38,049 nt of DNA, from IMG/VR virus record IMGVR_UViG_2802429217_000005, positions 1 to 38,049 of that record, one strand, 5' to 3'. The notes beneath the pieces are model-generated. The model worked only from the letters and a program-made list of their open reading frames with translations. It had not been told where the DNA came from and searched no databases. Each line of letters starts with the position of its first letter. The stretch's first letter is position 1. The DNA comes from a virus. Its lineage: Duplodnaviria; Heunggongvirae; Uroviricota; Caudoviricetes. The position numbers were made by a program, and so were the translations under genes. Positions 1 to 9,334 of the stretch are shown here, piece by piece.

Positions 1-123
1 CTCATTACAGAAAAAATAACGTTCTCCACCGACCTCTGTCAGATCGATTTCCCAGAGCACCACGCTGGCCGACTGCTCCGCACGGGTGCATTCATTCAGT
101 GTTTCCTGCCGGATATCCTGCAT
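1..123 (-). CDS. L: tail tip assembly protein L, N-terminal fragment (gene continues beyond the left edge)
   Basis: Reverse complement of 1-123 translates MQDIRQETLNECTRAEQSASVVLWEIDLTEVGGERYFFCNE, matching the lambda gpL N-terminus; ATG at 121-123 overlaps the TGA of M. Confidence 0.85.
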   Translation of the reverse strand, partial: MQDIRQETLNECTRAEQSASVVLWEIDLTEVGGERYFFCNE

Positions 124-452
124 CAGTTCACCACCTGTTTAAACTCTGCGCTGAACTCAACACGCAGCATACTGACCTGCGACGACCATTTTGCGCAGGT
201 CACCTTTATCTTCCTGTAACCATAAGGCGGCGTCCACAGAAAGGCCTTCCAGCCTCCGTGCTCTGCCAGAAACGACTCCAGCGCCGTGGCCTCCTCACGG
301 GAGACAGACAGCGTCACGCTGTACGTTTTCAGGTCAGCGTTCAGCCCGGCAGGCGCTCGCTGGGAATAGCCATCACCAAAGCGCACCTCCCTGACGGAAG
401 GAGCCGATGTCACATCCATCCCGGGTTTCACTTTCCAGCGGAAGGTTTTCAT
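123..452 (-). CDS. M: minor tail protein M
   Basis: 109-aa ORF MKTFRWKVKPGMDV..., same length and near-identical to lambda gpM as recalled; sits between H and L as in lambda. Confidence 0.93.
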   Translation of the reverse strand: MKTFRWKVKPGMDVTSAPSVREVRFGDGYSQRAPAGLNADLKTYSVTLSVSREEATALESFLAEHGGWKAFLWTPPYGYRKIKVTCAKWSSQVSMLRVEFSAEFKQVVN

Positions 453-3010
453 CGTCCACCTCCGGAGAACAGACCACCATCGCGCATCTGCCCGGTCACA
501 ACATCCATTGCCGCCTTACGGGCTACGTCATAAACAGCCTTCAGCGCCTGTGGCCCTATCTGCCCGTTCGTGCCGTCGTTGTTAATCACCACATGGTTAT
601 TCTGCTCAAACGTCCCGGACGCCTGCGACCGGCTGTCTGCCATGCTGCCCGGTGTACCGACATAACCGCCGGTGGCATAGCCGCGCATCAGCCGGTAAAG
701 ATTCCCCACGCCAATCCGGCTGGTTGCCTCCTTCGTGAAGACAAACTCACCACGGTGAACAATCCCCGCTGGCTCATATTTGCCGCCGGTTCCCGTAAAC
801 CCTCCGGTTGCAAAATGGAATTTCGCCGCAGCGGCCTGAATGGCTGTACCGCCTGACGCGGATGCGCCGCCACCAACAGCCCCGCCAATGGCGCTGCCGA
901 TACTCCCGACAATCCCCACCATTGCCTGCTTAAGCAGAATTTCTGTCATCATGGACAGCACGGAACGGGTGAAGCTGCGCCAGTTCTGCTCACTGCCGGT
1001 CAGCATCGCCGCCATATTCTGTGCAATACCATCAAAGGTCTGCGTGGCTGCACTTTTTACCTGCGACATACTGTCCGTGGCGCTCTCTTCCCACTCACTC
1101 CAGCCGGACTTCAGGCCTGCCATCCAGTTCCCGCGAAGCTGGTCTTCAGCCGCCCAGGTCTTTTTCTGCTCTGACATGACGTTATTCAGCGCCAGCGGAT
1201 TATCGCCATACTGTTCATTCAGGCGCTGTTCTGTGGCTTCCCGTTCTGCCTGCCGGTCAGTCAGCCCCCGGCTTTTCGCATCAATGGCGGCCCGTTTTGC
1301 CCGTTGCTGCTGTGCGAATTTATCCGCCTGCTGCGCCAGCGCATTCAGGCGCTCCTGATACGTGACCTTATCGCCAAGTGCAGCCAGCTGGCGTTTGTAC
1401 TCCAGCGTCTCATCTTTATGCGCCAGCAGGGATTTCTCCTGTGCGGACAGCTGGCGACGTTGTGCCGCCTCCTCCAGTACCGCGAACTGACTCTCCGCCT
1501 TCCACAAATCCCGGCGCTGCTGGCTGATTTTCTCATTTGCTCCGGCATGCTTCTCCAGCGTCCGGAGTTCAGCCTGAAGCGTCAGCAGGGCAGCATGAGC
1601 ACTGTCTTCCTGACGATCGCCCGCAGACACCTTCACGCCGGACTGTTTCGGCTTTTTCAGCGTCGCTTCATAATCCTTTTTCGCCGCCGCCATCAGCGTG
1701 TTGTAATCTGCCTGCAGGATTTTCCCGTCTTTCAGTGCCTTGTTCAGTTCTTCCTGACGGGCGGTATATTTCTCCAGCGGCGTCTGCAGCCGTTCGTAAG
1801 CCTTCTGCGCCTCTTCGGTATATTTCAGCCGTGACGCTTCGGTATCGCTCTGCTGCTGCGCATTTTTGTCCTGTTGAGTCTGCTGCTCAGCCTTCTTTCG
1901 GGCGGCTTCAAGCGCAAGACGGGCCTTTTCACGATCATCCCAGTAACGCGCCCGCGCTTCATCGTTAACAAAATAATCATCCTTGCGCAGATTCCAGATG
2001 TCGTCTGCTTTCTTAAACGCAGCCTCTGCCTTAATCAGCATCTCCTGCGCGGTATCAGGACGACCAATATCCAGCACCGCATCCCACATGGATTTGAATG
2101 CCCGCGCTGTCCTGTCTGCCCAGGTCTCCAGCGTGCCCATGTTCTCTTTCAGGCGGCGGGTCTGGTCATCAAACCCTTTCGTTGCGGCCTCGTTCGCCGC
2201 CTGCAATGCCCCGGCTTCATCGCCGGAACGCTGCAACTGAGCAACATACGCAATCTGCTCCGCCGTCACGTTATGGAACTGGCGTGCCATCGCCGTCAGC
2301 CCCGACGTCGGGTCTGTGGTCAGCTTCCCGAAGGCTTCAGCGACCTTGTCCACCTCCACGCCGGATGCAGAGGAGAAACGCGCCACACTCTGGCTGATGG
2401 ACGCAATCTGAGCCTCACCGCTTACCCCCGCCTTAACCAGTGCGCTGAGTGACTCGCTGGTCTGGTTAAACGTCAGCCCTGCCGCCTGCCCGGCTCTGGA
2501 CAGGACCAGCATACGATCTGCCGTCAGTCCCGCCTGATTGCCGGAAAGGACCAGCGTTTTGTTGAAATCGGACAGGGTTGAGTTGCCCTGATACCAGGCA
2601 TACGCCAGCGCACCGGTCGCCACCGCCAGCGAGGTGGCCCCCACCATCGGCAGGGTGATCGCACCGGCAAGCCCCCTGAACATGGGGATCATCCCGCCGA
2701 AGGAGTCCTTCACCTGCCCCCCCTGTTGCAGCAGGATCAGCCACGGACTTTGCCCGCCTGCAAGCTGCGTGGCCACGTCGGTGAACTGTGCAGGCAGCAT
2801 ACGCATGGCGGCTTTATACTGCCCGACGGAAATCCCCGCTTTCTGTGCAGCCAGCGCCTGTCGGCTCAGCGACTGTTCAACGACTGCCGCTGTTTTTTTC
2901 GCATCACTTTCCGTACCGGAAAAATGACGCCTGACTCTGGCCATCTGCTCGTCAAATCTGGCCGCATCCAGACTCAAATCAACGACCAGATCGCCTACCG
3001 GTTCAGCCAT
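449..3010 (-). CDS. H: tail tape measure protein H
   Basis: 853-aa ORF, coiled-coil rich with a Gly-rich C-terminal region; length and sequence match lambda gpH; start overlaps the end of the T frame. Confidence 0.95.
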   Translation of the reverse strand: MAEPVGDLVVDLSLDAARFDEQMARVRRHFSGTESDAKKTAAVVEQSLSRQALAAQKAGISVGQYKAAMRMLPAQFTDVATQLAGGQSPWLILLQQGGQVKDSFGGMIPMFRGLAGAITLPMVGATSLAVATGALAYAWYQGNSTLSDFNKTLVLSGNQAGLTADRMLVLSRAGQAAGLTFNQTSESLSALVKAGVSGEAQIASISQSVARFSSASGVEVDKVAEAFGKLTTDPTSGLTAMARQFHNVTAEQIAYVAQLQRSGDEAGALQAANEAATKGFDDQTRRLKENMGTLETWADRTARAFKSMWDAVLDIGRPDTAQEMLIKAEAAFKKADDIWNLRKDDYFVNDEARARYWDDREKARLALEAARKKAEQQTQQDKNAQQQSDTEASRLKYTEEAQKAYERLQTPLEKYTARQEELNKALKDGKILQADYNTLMAAAKKDYEATLKKPKQSGVKVSAGDRQEDSAHAALLTLQAELRTLEKHAGANEKISQQRRDLWKAESQFAVLEEAAQRRQLSAQEKSLLAHKDETLEYKRQLAALGDKVTYQERLNALAQQADKFAQQQRAKRAAIDAKSRGLTDRQAEREATEQRLNEQYGDNPLALNNVMSEQKKTWAAEDQLRGNWMAGLKSGWSEWEESATDSMSQVKSAATQTFDGIAQNMAAMLTGSEQNWRSFTRSVLSMMTEILLKQAMVGIVGSIGSAIGGAVGGGASASGGTAIQAAAAKFHFATGGFTGTGGKYEPAGIVHRGEFVFTKEATSRIGVGNLYRLMRGYATGGYVGTPGSMADSRSQASGTFEQNNHVVINNDGTNGQIGPQALKAVYDVARKAAMDVVTGQMRDGGLFSGGGR

Positions 3011-3841
3011 ACCGGACTCCTCCTGCGATCCCTTCTGATACTGTCATCAGCATTACGTCATCCTCCGTCATGTCCGCCACATCCGGGGAAGTAGGGATAA
3101 CTTCATTCCCGTCCGGGCCAAAGCGGACACCTCCGGCAAGCCCTGCCGCTTTCTGCATCAGCACATCATCTTCAGGCTCTTCGTCAGCCTCACGCCGGTT
3201 CAGCAGACTGAAATCCAGCGGATGCATATCCGGATCGCTGAAAAACAGGCTGAGCACGGTGTACGTCAGCCCGGAAAAGTGCATATCCAGCAGAACATCA
3301 TGAAAATAATGGGTACTGTAAAAGCGGTGCCAGTCGGCATACTCCGTGGATGACATCCCGGCAAGCATGGCACGCCAGTCGGGTCGCCCCATCTCACGCG
3401 CCAGTTTCAGGGCAAAACTCAGCTCACCGTCGAACACTTTCCCGCAGAAACAGGCTCTGCGGGCCCGGCGTCCTCTGTCTGTTCAGGGGCATTATTCACC
3501 ACAAACTCATACATACCAGACAACCGGTACACCACGTTTTCAGCATGAGAAATTGCCTCTGTAGGCCAGGTGGTAAGCACTTCCTGCTCAATCTGTTTAA
3601 CGGCTTCATTCATGGACGGCATCTGCGTCTTCTGCGGATGGTTATGCCACAGGGACATCGCCACCAGAAACGCGCCGGTTCTGATGGCGTCTTCCACAGT
3701 AAACTTCCGGTTGCTGTCTGACTCCGCCTGTTCTGCCTGCCGTTTCATCAGGGCGAGATGCTCAATACGCTGCAGGGCTGACAGTTCAGAAAGCGTGACG
3801 GTCACGCCGTTATGTTCAAATGATTCGGTTTTCAGGAACAT
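3003..3841 (-). CDS. T: tail assembly chaperone G-T fusion made by programmed -1 ribosomal frameshift
   Basis: The -1 frame downstream of the GGGAAAG heptamer stays open to 3003 and encodes a lambda gpT-like sequence (FDGELSFALKLAREMGRPDWRAMLAGMSS...); the T frame has no start of its own apart from the track's GTG artefact. Confidence 0.75.
3419..3841 (-). CDS. G: tail assembly chaperone G
   Basis: 140-aa ORF MFLKTESFEHNGVTVTLSELSALQRIEHLALMKRQ... matching lambda gpG; ends ...AGKCSTVS with the slippery site in its last codons. Confidence 0.9.
   Translation of the reverse strand: MFLKTESFEHNGVTVTLSELSALQRIEHLALMKRQAEQAESDSNRKFTVEDAIRTGAFLVAMSLWHNHPQKTQMPSMNEAVKQIEQEVLTTWPTEAISHAENVVYRLSGMYEFVVNNAPEQTEDAGPAEPVSAGKCSTVS
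3437..3443 (-). promoter_or_regulatory. slippery heptamer G GGA AAG for the G to G-T -1 frameshift
   Basis: Plus-strand CTTTCCC at 3437-3443 is GGGAAAG on the minus strand, in phase X XXY YYZ with G codons 133-135 (Ala-Gly-Lys). Confidence 0.8.
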
Positions 3842-3856
3842 CGCTGACTCTCCGGA

Positions 3857-4597
3857 TTAACTGTCGGTGACAGTGATTTCTGCAACCGCAGCAAGTTCAC
3901 CATTACCGGATACAACCGGAATGTTGACCTTACCTGCAGCAACGCCTTTCACGGTGATGGTCATACCACTGACCGACACGGTGGCTTTTGTTTTATCCGC
4001 TGACACCGCACGGAAGCTCTTGTCAGTTGCGCCCTCCGGCTGGAATGCCACGGTCAGCGTGGTGCTCTGCCCTTTCACCACCGAGGAGCTGGCAGGCGTC
4101 ACAGTCATACCGGTTGCCGCCGTCACCGTACTGCGATCTTCTGCCATTGACGGACGGCCCACATTGGTGACCTTCACCGTACGGGTGATCACTTCCTTCG
4201 CCGTCACCGCCTTACCGATACTGCTGACCCAGCCACGGAACACATCGACCGTGCCGTTCGGGAAGCGGATTTTATAGGCACGGGTATCACCTTCATTAAA
4301 CCACGCCAGCAGCGCCTGCTGCCCCTGCTCTCCGGGCATCCACGCCAGCGTGAAGCTGGTATCTCCGGCGGATTTCTGCCCCTGCCCGGTCGCGGTCCAG
4401 TCCGCATCTTCATCATCGAGATAACTGTCGTCATAGGACTCAGCGGTCAGTTCGCCGGGCGTCAGGTCTTTAACTTTAGCCAGACGCGACCAGTCAACGT
4501 CTGAAAGCGGGTTCGCATAAGGGTCGCCGCTCCCGTTATAAACCCACAGGGTGGTCCCGGCACCTTTCACCGGTATTGCTGGATTTGGTACAGGCAT
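3857..4597 (-). CDS. V: major tail tube protein V
   Basis: Protein from the internal ATG at 4597 ([20 protein letters not shown]..., 246 aa) matches lambda gpV including the C-terminal Ig-like region; GAGGA Shine-Dalgarno 5 nt upstream. The track ORF is extended 10 codons upstream. Confidence 0.93.
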   Translation of the reverse strand: MPVPNPAIPVKGAGTTLWVYNGSGDPYANPLSDVDWSRLAKVKDLTPGELTAESYDDSYLDDEDADWTATGQGQKSAGDTSFTLAWMPGEQGQQALLAWFNEGDTRAYKIRFPNGTVDVFRGWVSSIGKAVTAKEVITRTVKVTNVGRPSMAEDRSTVTAATGMTVTPASSSVVKGQSTTLTVAFQPEGATDKSFRAVSADKTKATVSVSGMTITVKGVAAGKVNIPVVSGNGELAAVAEITVTDS

Positions 4598-4604
4598 ATC
4601 GTCC

Positions 4605-5000
4605 TCACATTTCATAGGTAATGACATAAGTCAGATCGGCAGAACTCCACAGGCCCGCATCATCGTCGCGCCGGTAGTCATAGCCACTGGCCACCATACT
4701 GGTGAGCAAATCTGACAGTGCCGGGATATCGCTCATCACCGGATAAATCCGGGACTCCATCCACGAATCCAGCTCTGAATCCGGTACCTGAGCAGGCAGG
4801 AAAACTTCGATATGCAGCTCCGCCTGCCAGGTATCGCTGTCCAGCTCTTCGCCCGTGTATTCAGCGCCGGTGAGATAAACGGCAACTGCCGGAAAATCCG
4901 CCTCATCAAAAACAGCGGGGCGACCATCAAAAAACGTCGCCCCGGTGTCATGCTTCTCCAGTGCATCCAGTACGGCTGCACGGAGTTCAGTATGTTTCAT
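4605..5000 (-). CDS. U: tail terminator protein U
   Basis: 131-aa [34 protein letters not shown]... matching lambda gpU. Confidence 0.93.
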   Translation of the reverse strand: MKHTELRAAVLDALEKHDTGATFFDGRPAVFDEADFPAVAVYLTGAEYTGEELDSDTWQAELHIEVFLPAQVPDSELDSWMESRIYPVMSDIPALSDLLTSMVASGYDYRRDDDAGLWSSADLTYVITYEM

Positions 5001-5575
5001 CGCTTTATTACCATCCTCAGTTGATGCTGCAGCGCATAGCCCAGCTCTTTCGGAAGACGTTCACGCCGTATCCGCTCAATATTTTGTTTAAACGCCGTGG
5101 TCAGCGGCACCGCCATCGGGATTTTCACCACATCAATGGGGTAACGGTTTTTCCCGGCCACACGCTGCATGACATGCCACCGGCCATTTTTCAGTTGCTG
5201 AATAAACGCGCCGGGAATACGACGGTTACCCACCACAAGCACGCTGCCGCCACCTTTCAGGGATGAACGCTGCCCCTTTTTACGACGCCTGCGGCGCGAA
5301 AGGACAACCCGCGCATTACCCAGCTTGATTACGGGCAAATCCCCCCGGTTAACTTTGATTCTGGCCTGCGGATTTTTGACCGTGGCCCTTTTCAGCCTGG
5401 CCCTTTCCTTTACCAGTTTCCGGCGTACCTTTGTCTCACGGGCAACCTGTGACGCCGACTGCGATATCGCGGATGAAGCAACGCGGTTAATGGCCATTGC
5501 GGCGGCACCGGGCACCGCCGTTCTGCTGATACGGCTGAGGTTTTCAACGGCCTGCTCAAGACCCTGTATGGCCAT
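4997..5575 (-). CDS. Z: tail completion protein Z
   Basis: Protein from the ATG at 5575 (MAIQGLEQAVENLSRISRTAVPGAA..., 192 aa) matches lambda gpZ; the track ORF is extended upstream. Confidence 0.9.
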   Translation of the reverse strand: MAIQGLEQAVENLSRISRTAVPGAAAMAINRVASSAISQSASQVARETKVRRKLVKERARLKRATVKNPQARIKVNRGDLPVIKLGNARVVLSRRRRRKKGQRSSLKGGGSVLVVGNRRIPGAFIQQLKNGRWHVMQRVAGKNRYPIDVVKIPMAVPLTTAFKQNIERIRRERLPKELGYALQHQLRMVIKR

Positions 5576-5586
5576 ACATCCCCCTT

Positions 5587-5940
5587 TCAGCGACGACGGC
5601 TGGCGGCAGGTGGTTGCCCCCGGTTGAGCCAGAGATAACAACTCCCTCCGTCATCCGGAGAAACACGGTCCACCCAGAACATCTCGCCGTTAATGGTCAG
5701 CGTGTCACCACGCCGTACAGCACAAACCGTATCCGTAAGCACAAATAATGACGGGTTACTTCCTTCAATACGGATCCCACTACTGGCAAAACCCAGCGAC
5801 TCCGGATCGTCAAAAACGCCATGAACCTCGCCGCCACGCTGTGCACCGGAGGTGAACTGCGCACTGATGCCCATCACTTCAACAATCGTACTGTCCACCC
5901 CGGCAAGGGCGGCATCAAAGGCATTCTGAAAATCACGCAT
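5587..5940 (-). CDS. FII: head-tail connector protein FII
   Basis: From the ATG at 5940: MRDFQNAFDAALAGVDSTI...WVDRVSPDDGGSCYLWLNRG, 117 aa, clearly related to but diverged from lambda gpFII. Start chosen by alignment to lambda. Confidence 0.8.
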   Translation of the reverse strand: MRDFQNAFDAALAGVDSTIVEVMGISAQFTSGAQRGGEVHGVFDDPESLGFASSGIRIEGSNPSLFVLTDTVCAVRRGDTLTINGEMFWVDRVSPDDGGSCYLWLNRGQPPAASRRR

Positions 5941-6307
5941 AAACAGCCATTCCACCATCAACGTGTGTTTTTGCATCTGAGGACATAATCAGAATCACCC
6001 GACCAACATCCGCAAGCTCAACGGATTCCCCCGTTTCACCATCAACGCCACAGAGATGGAGGCAGGTCAGAACTCTGATGCGCGTTAACGCGCCGGATGT
6101 TTCCTCACGAACATCATGAGCCGCGGTTTCCCGCTCCCGGATATCCATATTCATAACCTGTACATCATCGCCGGATGACTGCATTTCCTCTTCCCATTCT
6201 GCCACCCGCTGCGCTATCTCTGCGGCACTCCCGGATATATCCGGCTCACGCCCCAGAATCAGGGCCAGTTCATCAAGCCGTTTCAGATTTTGCTCTTTCG
6301 TTGCCAT
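5933..6307 (-). CDS. FI: head completion / DNA packaging protein FI-like
   Basis: Position between E and FII; acidic protein starting MATKEQNLKRLDELALILGREPDISGS at the ATG at 6307; only weakly resembles lambda FI from memory. Confidence 0.65.
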   Translation of the reverse strand: MATKEQNLKRLDELALILGREPDISGSAAEIAQRVAEWEEEMQSSGDDVQVMNMDIRERETAAHDVREETSGALTRIRVLTCLHLCGVDGETGESVELADVGRVILIMSSDAKTHVDGGMAVYA

Positions 6308-6358
6308 ATCAGCCCCCTGTGAAAAAAGACACGGGGGCATTTCGCCCCCGCTCACGGA

Positions 6359-7387
6359 TTATTTCACCTGTACCACCACAAACTCATCCGGATCCGGCAA
6401 CACCATCAGCGGCGCGGACTGCGTCATGGTAAATTCACGGGCGGGATCCCCTACCGTCAGCCAGTGTTTCGGATAACGGGAAGAGGCCACCACACCTTCG
6501 GACAACGCCTGAGCATCCTGAATGGCACCGTAACAACGGATCCCATCTGCAGCAGTATTCCCCAGAACCAGCATGCCATCTGGAAGATAACGTTTTTCGA
6601 TACCGTCTTCTGCTATATAAGACGTTTTCGCCACCACAATGGCCAGATCGCCGTAATACCCCTTGAAGGACACCACTGCGCCCAGATCTTTCACTGCCGT
6701 TTCGAGTTGAGAATTTGAACCGCGACGGGTATCCAGTTTTTCGCGGAACAGCTTAAAACCATTCAGAAGACGCCAGACGGTACCGTCCATAATGGCAATA
6801 TTCACAAGACCGCTGGCCTGGTCGCAGTAGAGGTCAATATCATGTGTAGGATCGAACGTGTCACGATCCTGTTTTGACCACTCCTTACCACTACCCTGAG
6901 TGATGTTATTCTTCGTCGACCTGCCAAAATCGACCTCAATTTTCTCGAACTGGTCTCCTTCCATGGTGTATTTGCCATACAACACAGCATTTACCGCCTG
7001 CATTTCTTCCACCTGGACAATCGCGTGCTCTTCCTGTTTGAGGTTATCGGTAATGATACGCAGACGGCGGTAAGCCGGATCATTCAGTTGAGATGGATCT
7101 TCACCAGGAAGGCGCTCAACCGCCTGCTGGTAATTAAATTCGTGTTTCGGCTTGACGTAGCCCGGACGCAACACGCGGGTTTCACCACCACGATGACGCA
7201 GCACTTTTCCTTCAACAACCGGGGAGACATAGGCCGCCACCGGCGTTTTTCCGGTAATTTTGTCCAGCATCACCTCTTCGGTATGGAAATTCACCGTACG
7301 GCGGAAAAACAGCTCCAGAAACAGCGCACGAAATTTAACTTTTTGTTCGGTATAACCGAGTAACTGGCGGGTCGTAAACAATCCCAT
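6359..7387 (-). CDS. E: major capsid protein E
   Basis: 342-aa ORF with extensive blocks shared with lambda gpE (e.g. PGYVKPKHE, EEMQAV, KEKLDTRRGSNS, GDPAREFTM, QSAPLM) but clearly diverged. Confidence 0.9.
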   Translation of the reverse strand: MGLFTTRQLLGYTEQKVKFRALFLELFFRRTVNFHTEEVMLDKITGKTPVAAYVSPVVEGKVLRHRGGETRVLRPGYVKPKHEFNYQQAVERLPGEDPSQLNDPAYRRLRIITDNLKQEEHAIVQVEEMQAVNAVLYGKYTMEGDQFEKIEVDFGRSTKNNITQGSGKEWSKQDRDTFDPTHDIDLYCDQASGLVNIAIMDGTVWRLLNGFKLFREKLDTRRGSNSQLETAVKDLGAVVSFKGYYGDLAIVVAKTSYIAEDGIEKRYLPDGMLVLGNTAADGIRCYGAIQDAQALSEGVVASSRYPKHWLTVGDPAREFTMTQSAPLMVLPDPDEFVVVQVK

Positions 7388-7444
7388 AAATCAGTTCCTT
7401 TCATTCAGAAATCAGTCAGGCCACCGCGGTGGCCTGATAACGTG

Positions 7445-7792
7445 TTACGGCAGCGCCGCGTGACTCAGGGCACTGCCAGCAAAGGCGTTGGCCTTTTTGT
7501 GTTCATCCACACTTTCAGGCCAGTGGATTGCCTCCGTCGCAAAGGTTCCCGACTTGTAATACGTCAGCGCCGTCTCTGTGCCGTCAAGCGGCAGTACCAG
7601 TATGCCAACCGCACTACCGGCTTTCTGTCCGTCCCAGACCACCAGTTTCCCGGTGGCTTCATCCAGCATCAGGGGCGTCAGTGCCGGTGTTGGCGAGGAA
7701 ATCCCGCTGCTGCCTGTGGCGGTATGAGCCGGATCATTACCGGCAAAAATACGTACTTCCGCACGCTGTTCAGTGATGGTTTTCGTCACCAT
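7445..7792 (-). CDS. D: capsid decoration protein D
   Basis: 115-aa ORF with lambda gpD motifs (NDPAHTAT, TPLMLD, WDG, AVGIL, YKSGTF, AFAG), diverged. Confidence 0.85.
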   Translation of the reverse strand: MVTKTITEQRAEVRIFAGNDPAHTATGSSGISSPTPALTPLMLDEATGKLVVWDGQKAGSAVGILVLPLDGTETALTYYKSGTFATEAIHWPESVDEHKKANAFAGSALSHAALP

Positions 7793-7828
7793 ATTGTAAA
7801 AACCTCCTGTTGATGGTCAGCACTGGCT

Positions 7829-9334
7829 TCATGGCATGGCCATGAGCATTTTCACGTCCGCATCACCATCTGCTGACGTCTGTGGCACGCCACCCTGTAC
7901 CGCTGCCGGTGAATGGTTCGCCATGAAATGTTCAAACATGGCGGTTGTGGATGCAGAGACCGGTTCTGCCTTACCTGATCCCGCAGCCAGCACAGCCCGG
8001 GCGCTCTCCACAGTCATTCCCGGGCAGGCAGCCAGCTGTTCAGCCTGCACCTCAGCCCCTTTTGCCTCATCCAGTGCCATGATCTGATCACGGAGTGATG
8101 GTCCGGCATCCGCCTGCGGTGAAGCAGCCAGGATCGGGCGGGCTTTTTCCACCGTCATCTCCGGCATCGCCGCCAGTGTTGCCGCCAGTTGTTCACGACC
8201 GTTCGCTTCTTCACACGCCATAATGCGATCGGCTTCACTCTGCGTGGATGCCACCGGCTGCTGCGGTGCCGCCGCGGCCAGAATCGCCCGGGCCTGTTCA
8301 ACGCTCATGCCCTGTTGTCCTGCCAGCATCGTGGCAAGCTGTTCACGTCCTTTCGCTTCCTGGCATGTCAGGATCCCCATCACTCGCTGGTTCTCCTGCG
8401 CGGCGGCTTCCGTTGCAGTTAATTGCGGCATAGTGCCTCCTCTGACATTACTGTTCAGCGCCGTGGCCATCACACTGATGGCATCCGACGCATTGATTAA
8501 TTCATCCGCCAGCCCGGCCTCAATGCCGGACTGACCTTCAAAAACGGCGGCCTCTGTTCCCGTGACTGCATCAACAGACAGACCGGTAAACATCGCCACT
8601 TTTTCGGCAAACATCCGGCGCGCCGCATCAATCCGCTGCTGCATGTCCTGGCGAACCTCTGCCGGCAACGCTTCAAACTGATTGCCATCCACCTTGTGCG
8701 CCCCTGAGTAAATCAGCGTGATATCCACACCGGCCTGCGCCAGATGACCGGCATAGCTGACATGGCTCATCATCACGCCAATGGAACCGATACGGGATGT
8801 CTGGGTAACCAGCCGTCGGGAGCAGGCCGACGCCAGCAGCATGGCTGCAGAACAGGCCGTGTCATTGCACAGTGCCCAGACCGGCTTCTGCTGACGGAGG
8901 CGGTAAATCATGTCAGCGCAGTCAAACGCGCCGGCGGCCTGCCCACCCGGACTGTCAATGTCCAGCAGTACGCCCCGCACCTGGCTATCCGCCATTGCCT
9001 GCTGAAGACAGGCGACAATACCGTCATAGCCTGTCATTCCGGAAAATGGCCGCATACCACCCAGCCGGTGCACCAGCGTGCCGGTCACCGGCAGTACAGC
9101 AATACCGTTCACCACCCTGTAAACACGGGCAGGTCGTTTACCTCCGGCCATGTACTCGTCCGTTTCAGCCAGCATTCCGGGAGCATCAAACTGTACCTGC
9201 TGTTGTGGTACCGAAAGACTTGCTGCCCCCATCTCGCGCCCGAGCGCGCAAAAGAAAACCCGCGCATAGGCGGGCTCCAGAAGCAGCGGTTCATTGAATG
9301 CTGCGGCAATAATGTGTGAAAGATTACGTCTCAC
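7829..9334 (-). CDS. C: prohead protease/minor capsid protein C with in-frame Nu3-like scaffold region
   Basis: 501-aa ORF; N-terminal S49/ClpP-like peptidase region resembling lambda gpC; C-terminal part has three tandem ~40-aa repeats resembling the Nu3 scaffold region. Confidence 0.88.
   Translation of the reverse strand: MRRNLSHIIAAAFNEPLLLEPAYARVFFCALGREMGAASLSVPQQQVQFDAPGMLAETDEYMAGGKRPARVYRVVNGIAVLPVTGTLVHRLGGMRPFSGMTGYDGIVACLQQAMADSQVRGVLLDIDSPGGQAAGAFDCADMIYRLRQQKPVWALCNDTACSAAMLLASACSRRLVTQTSRIGSIGVMMSHVSYAGHLAQAGVDITLIYSGAHKVDGNQFEALPAEVRQDMQQRIDAARRMFAEKVAMFTGLSVDAVTGTEAAVFEGQSGIEAGLADELINASDAISVMATALNSNVRGGTMPQLTATEAAAQENQRVMGILTCQEAKGREQLATMLAGQQGMSVEQARAILAAAAPQQPVASTQSEADRIMACEEANGREQLAATLAAMPEMTVEKARPILAASPQADAGPSLRDQIMALDEAKGAEVQAEQLAACPGMTVESARAVLAAGSGKAEPVSASTTAMFEHFMANHSPAAVQGGVPQTSADGDADVKMLMAMP

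Noticed and set aside
99-3094. Numerous plus-strand ORFs (e.g. 99-533, 840-1358, 1304-1834, 1874-2452) overlapping M and H
   Set aside because: They are antisense to strongly supported lambda-type tail genes, GC-rich frames with Arg/Pro/Ala-rich composition and no Shine-Dalgarno; treated as spurious shadow ORFs.
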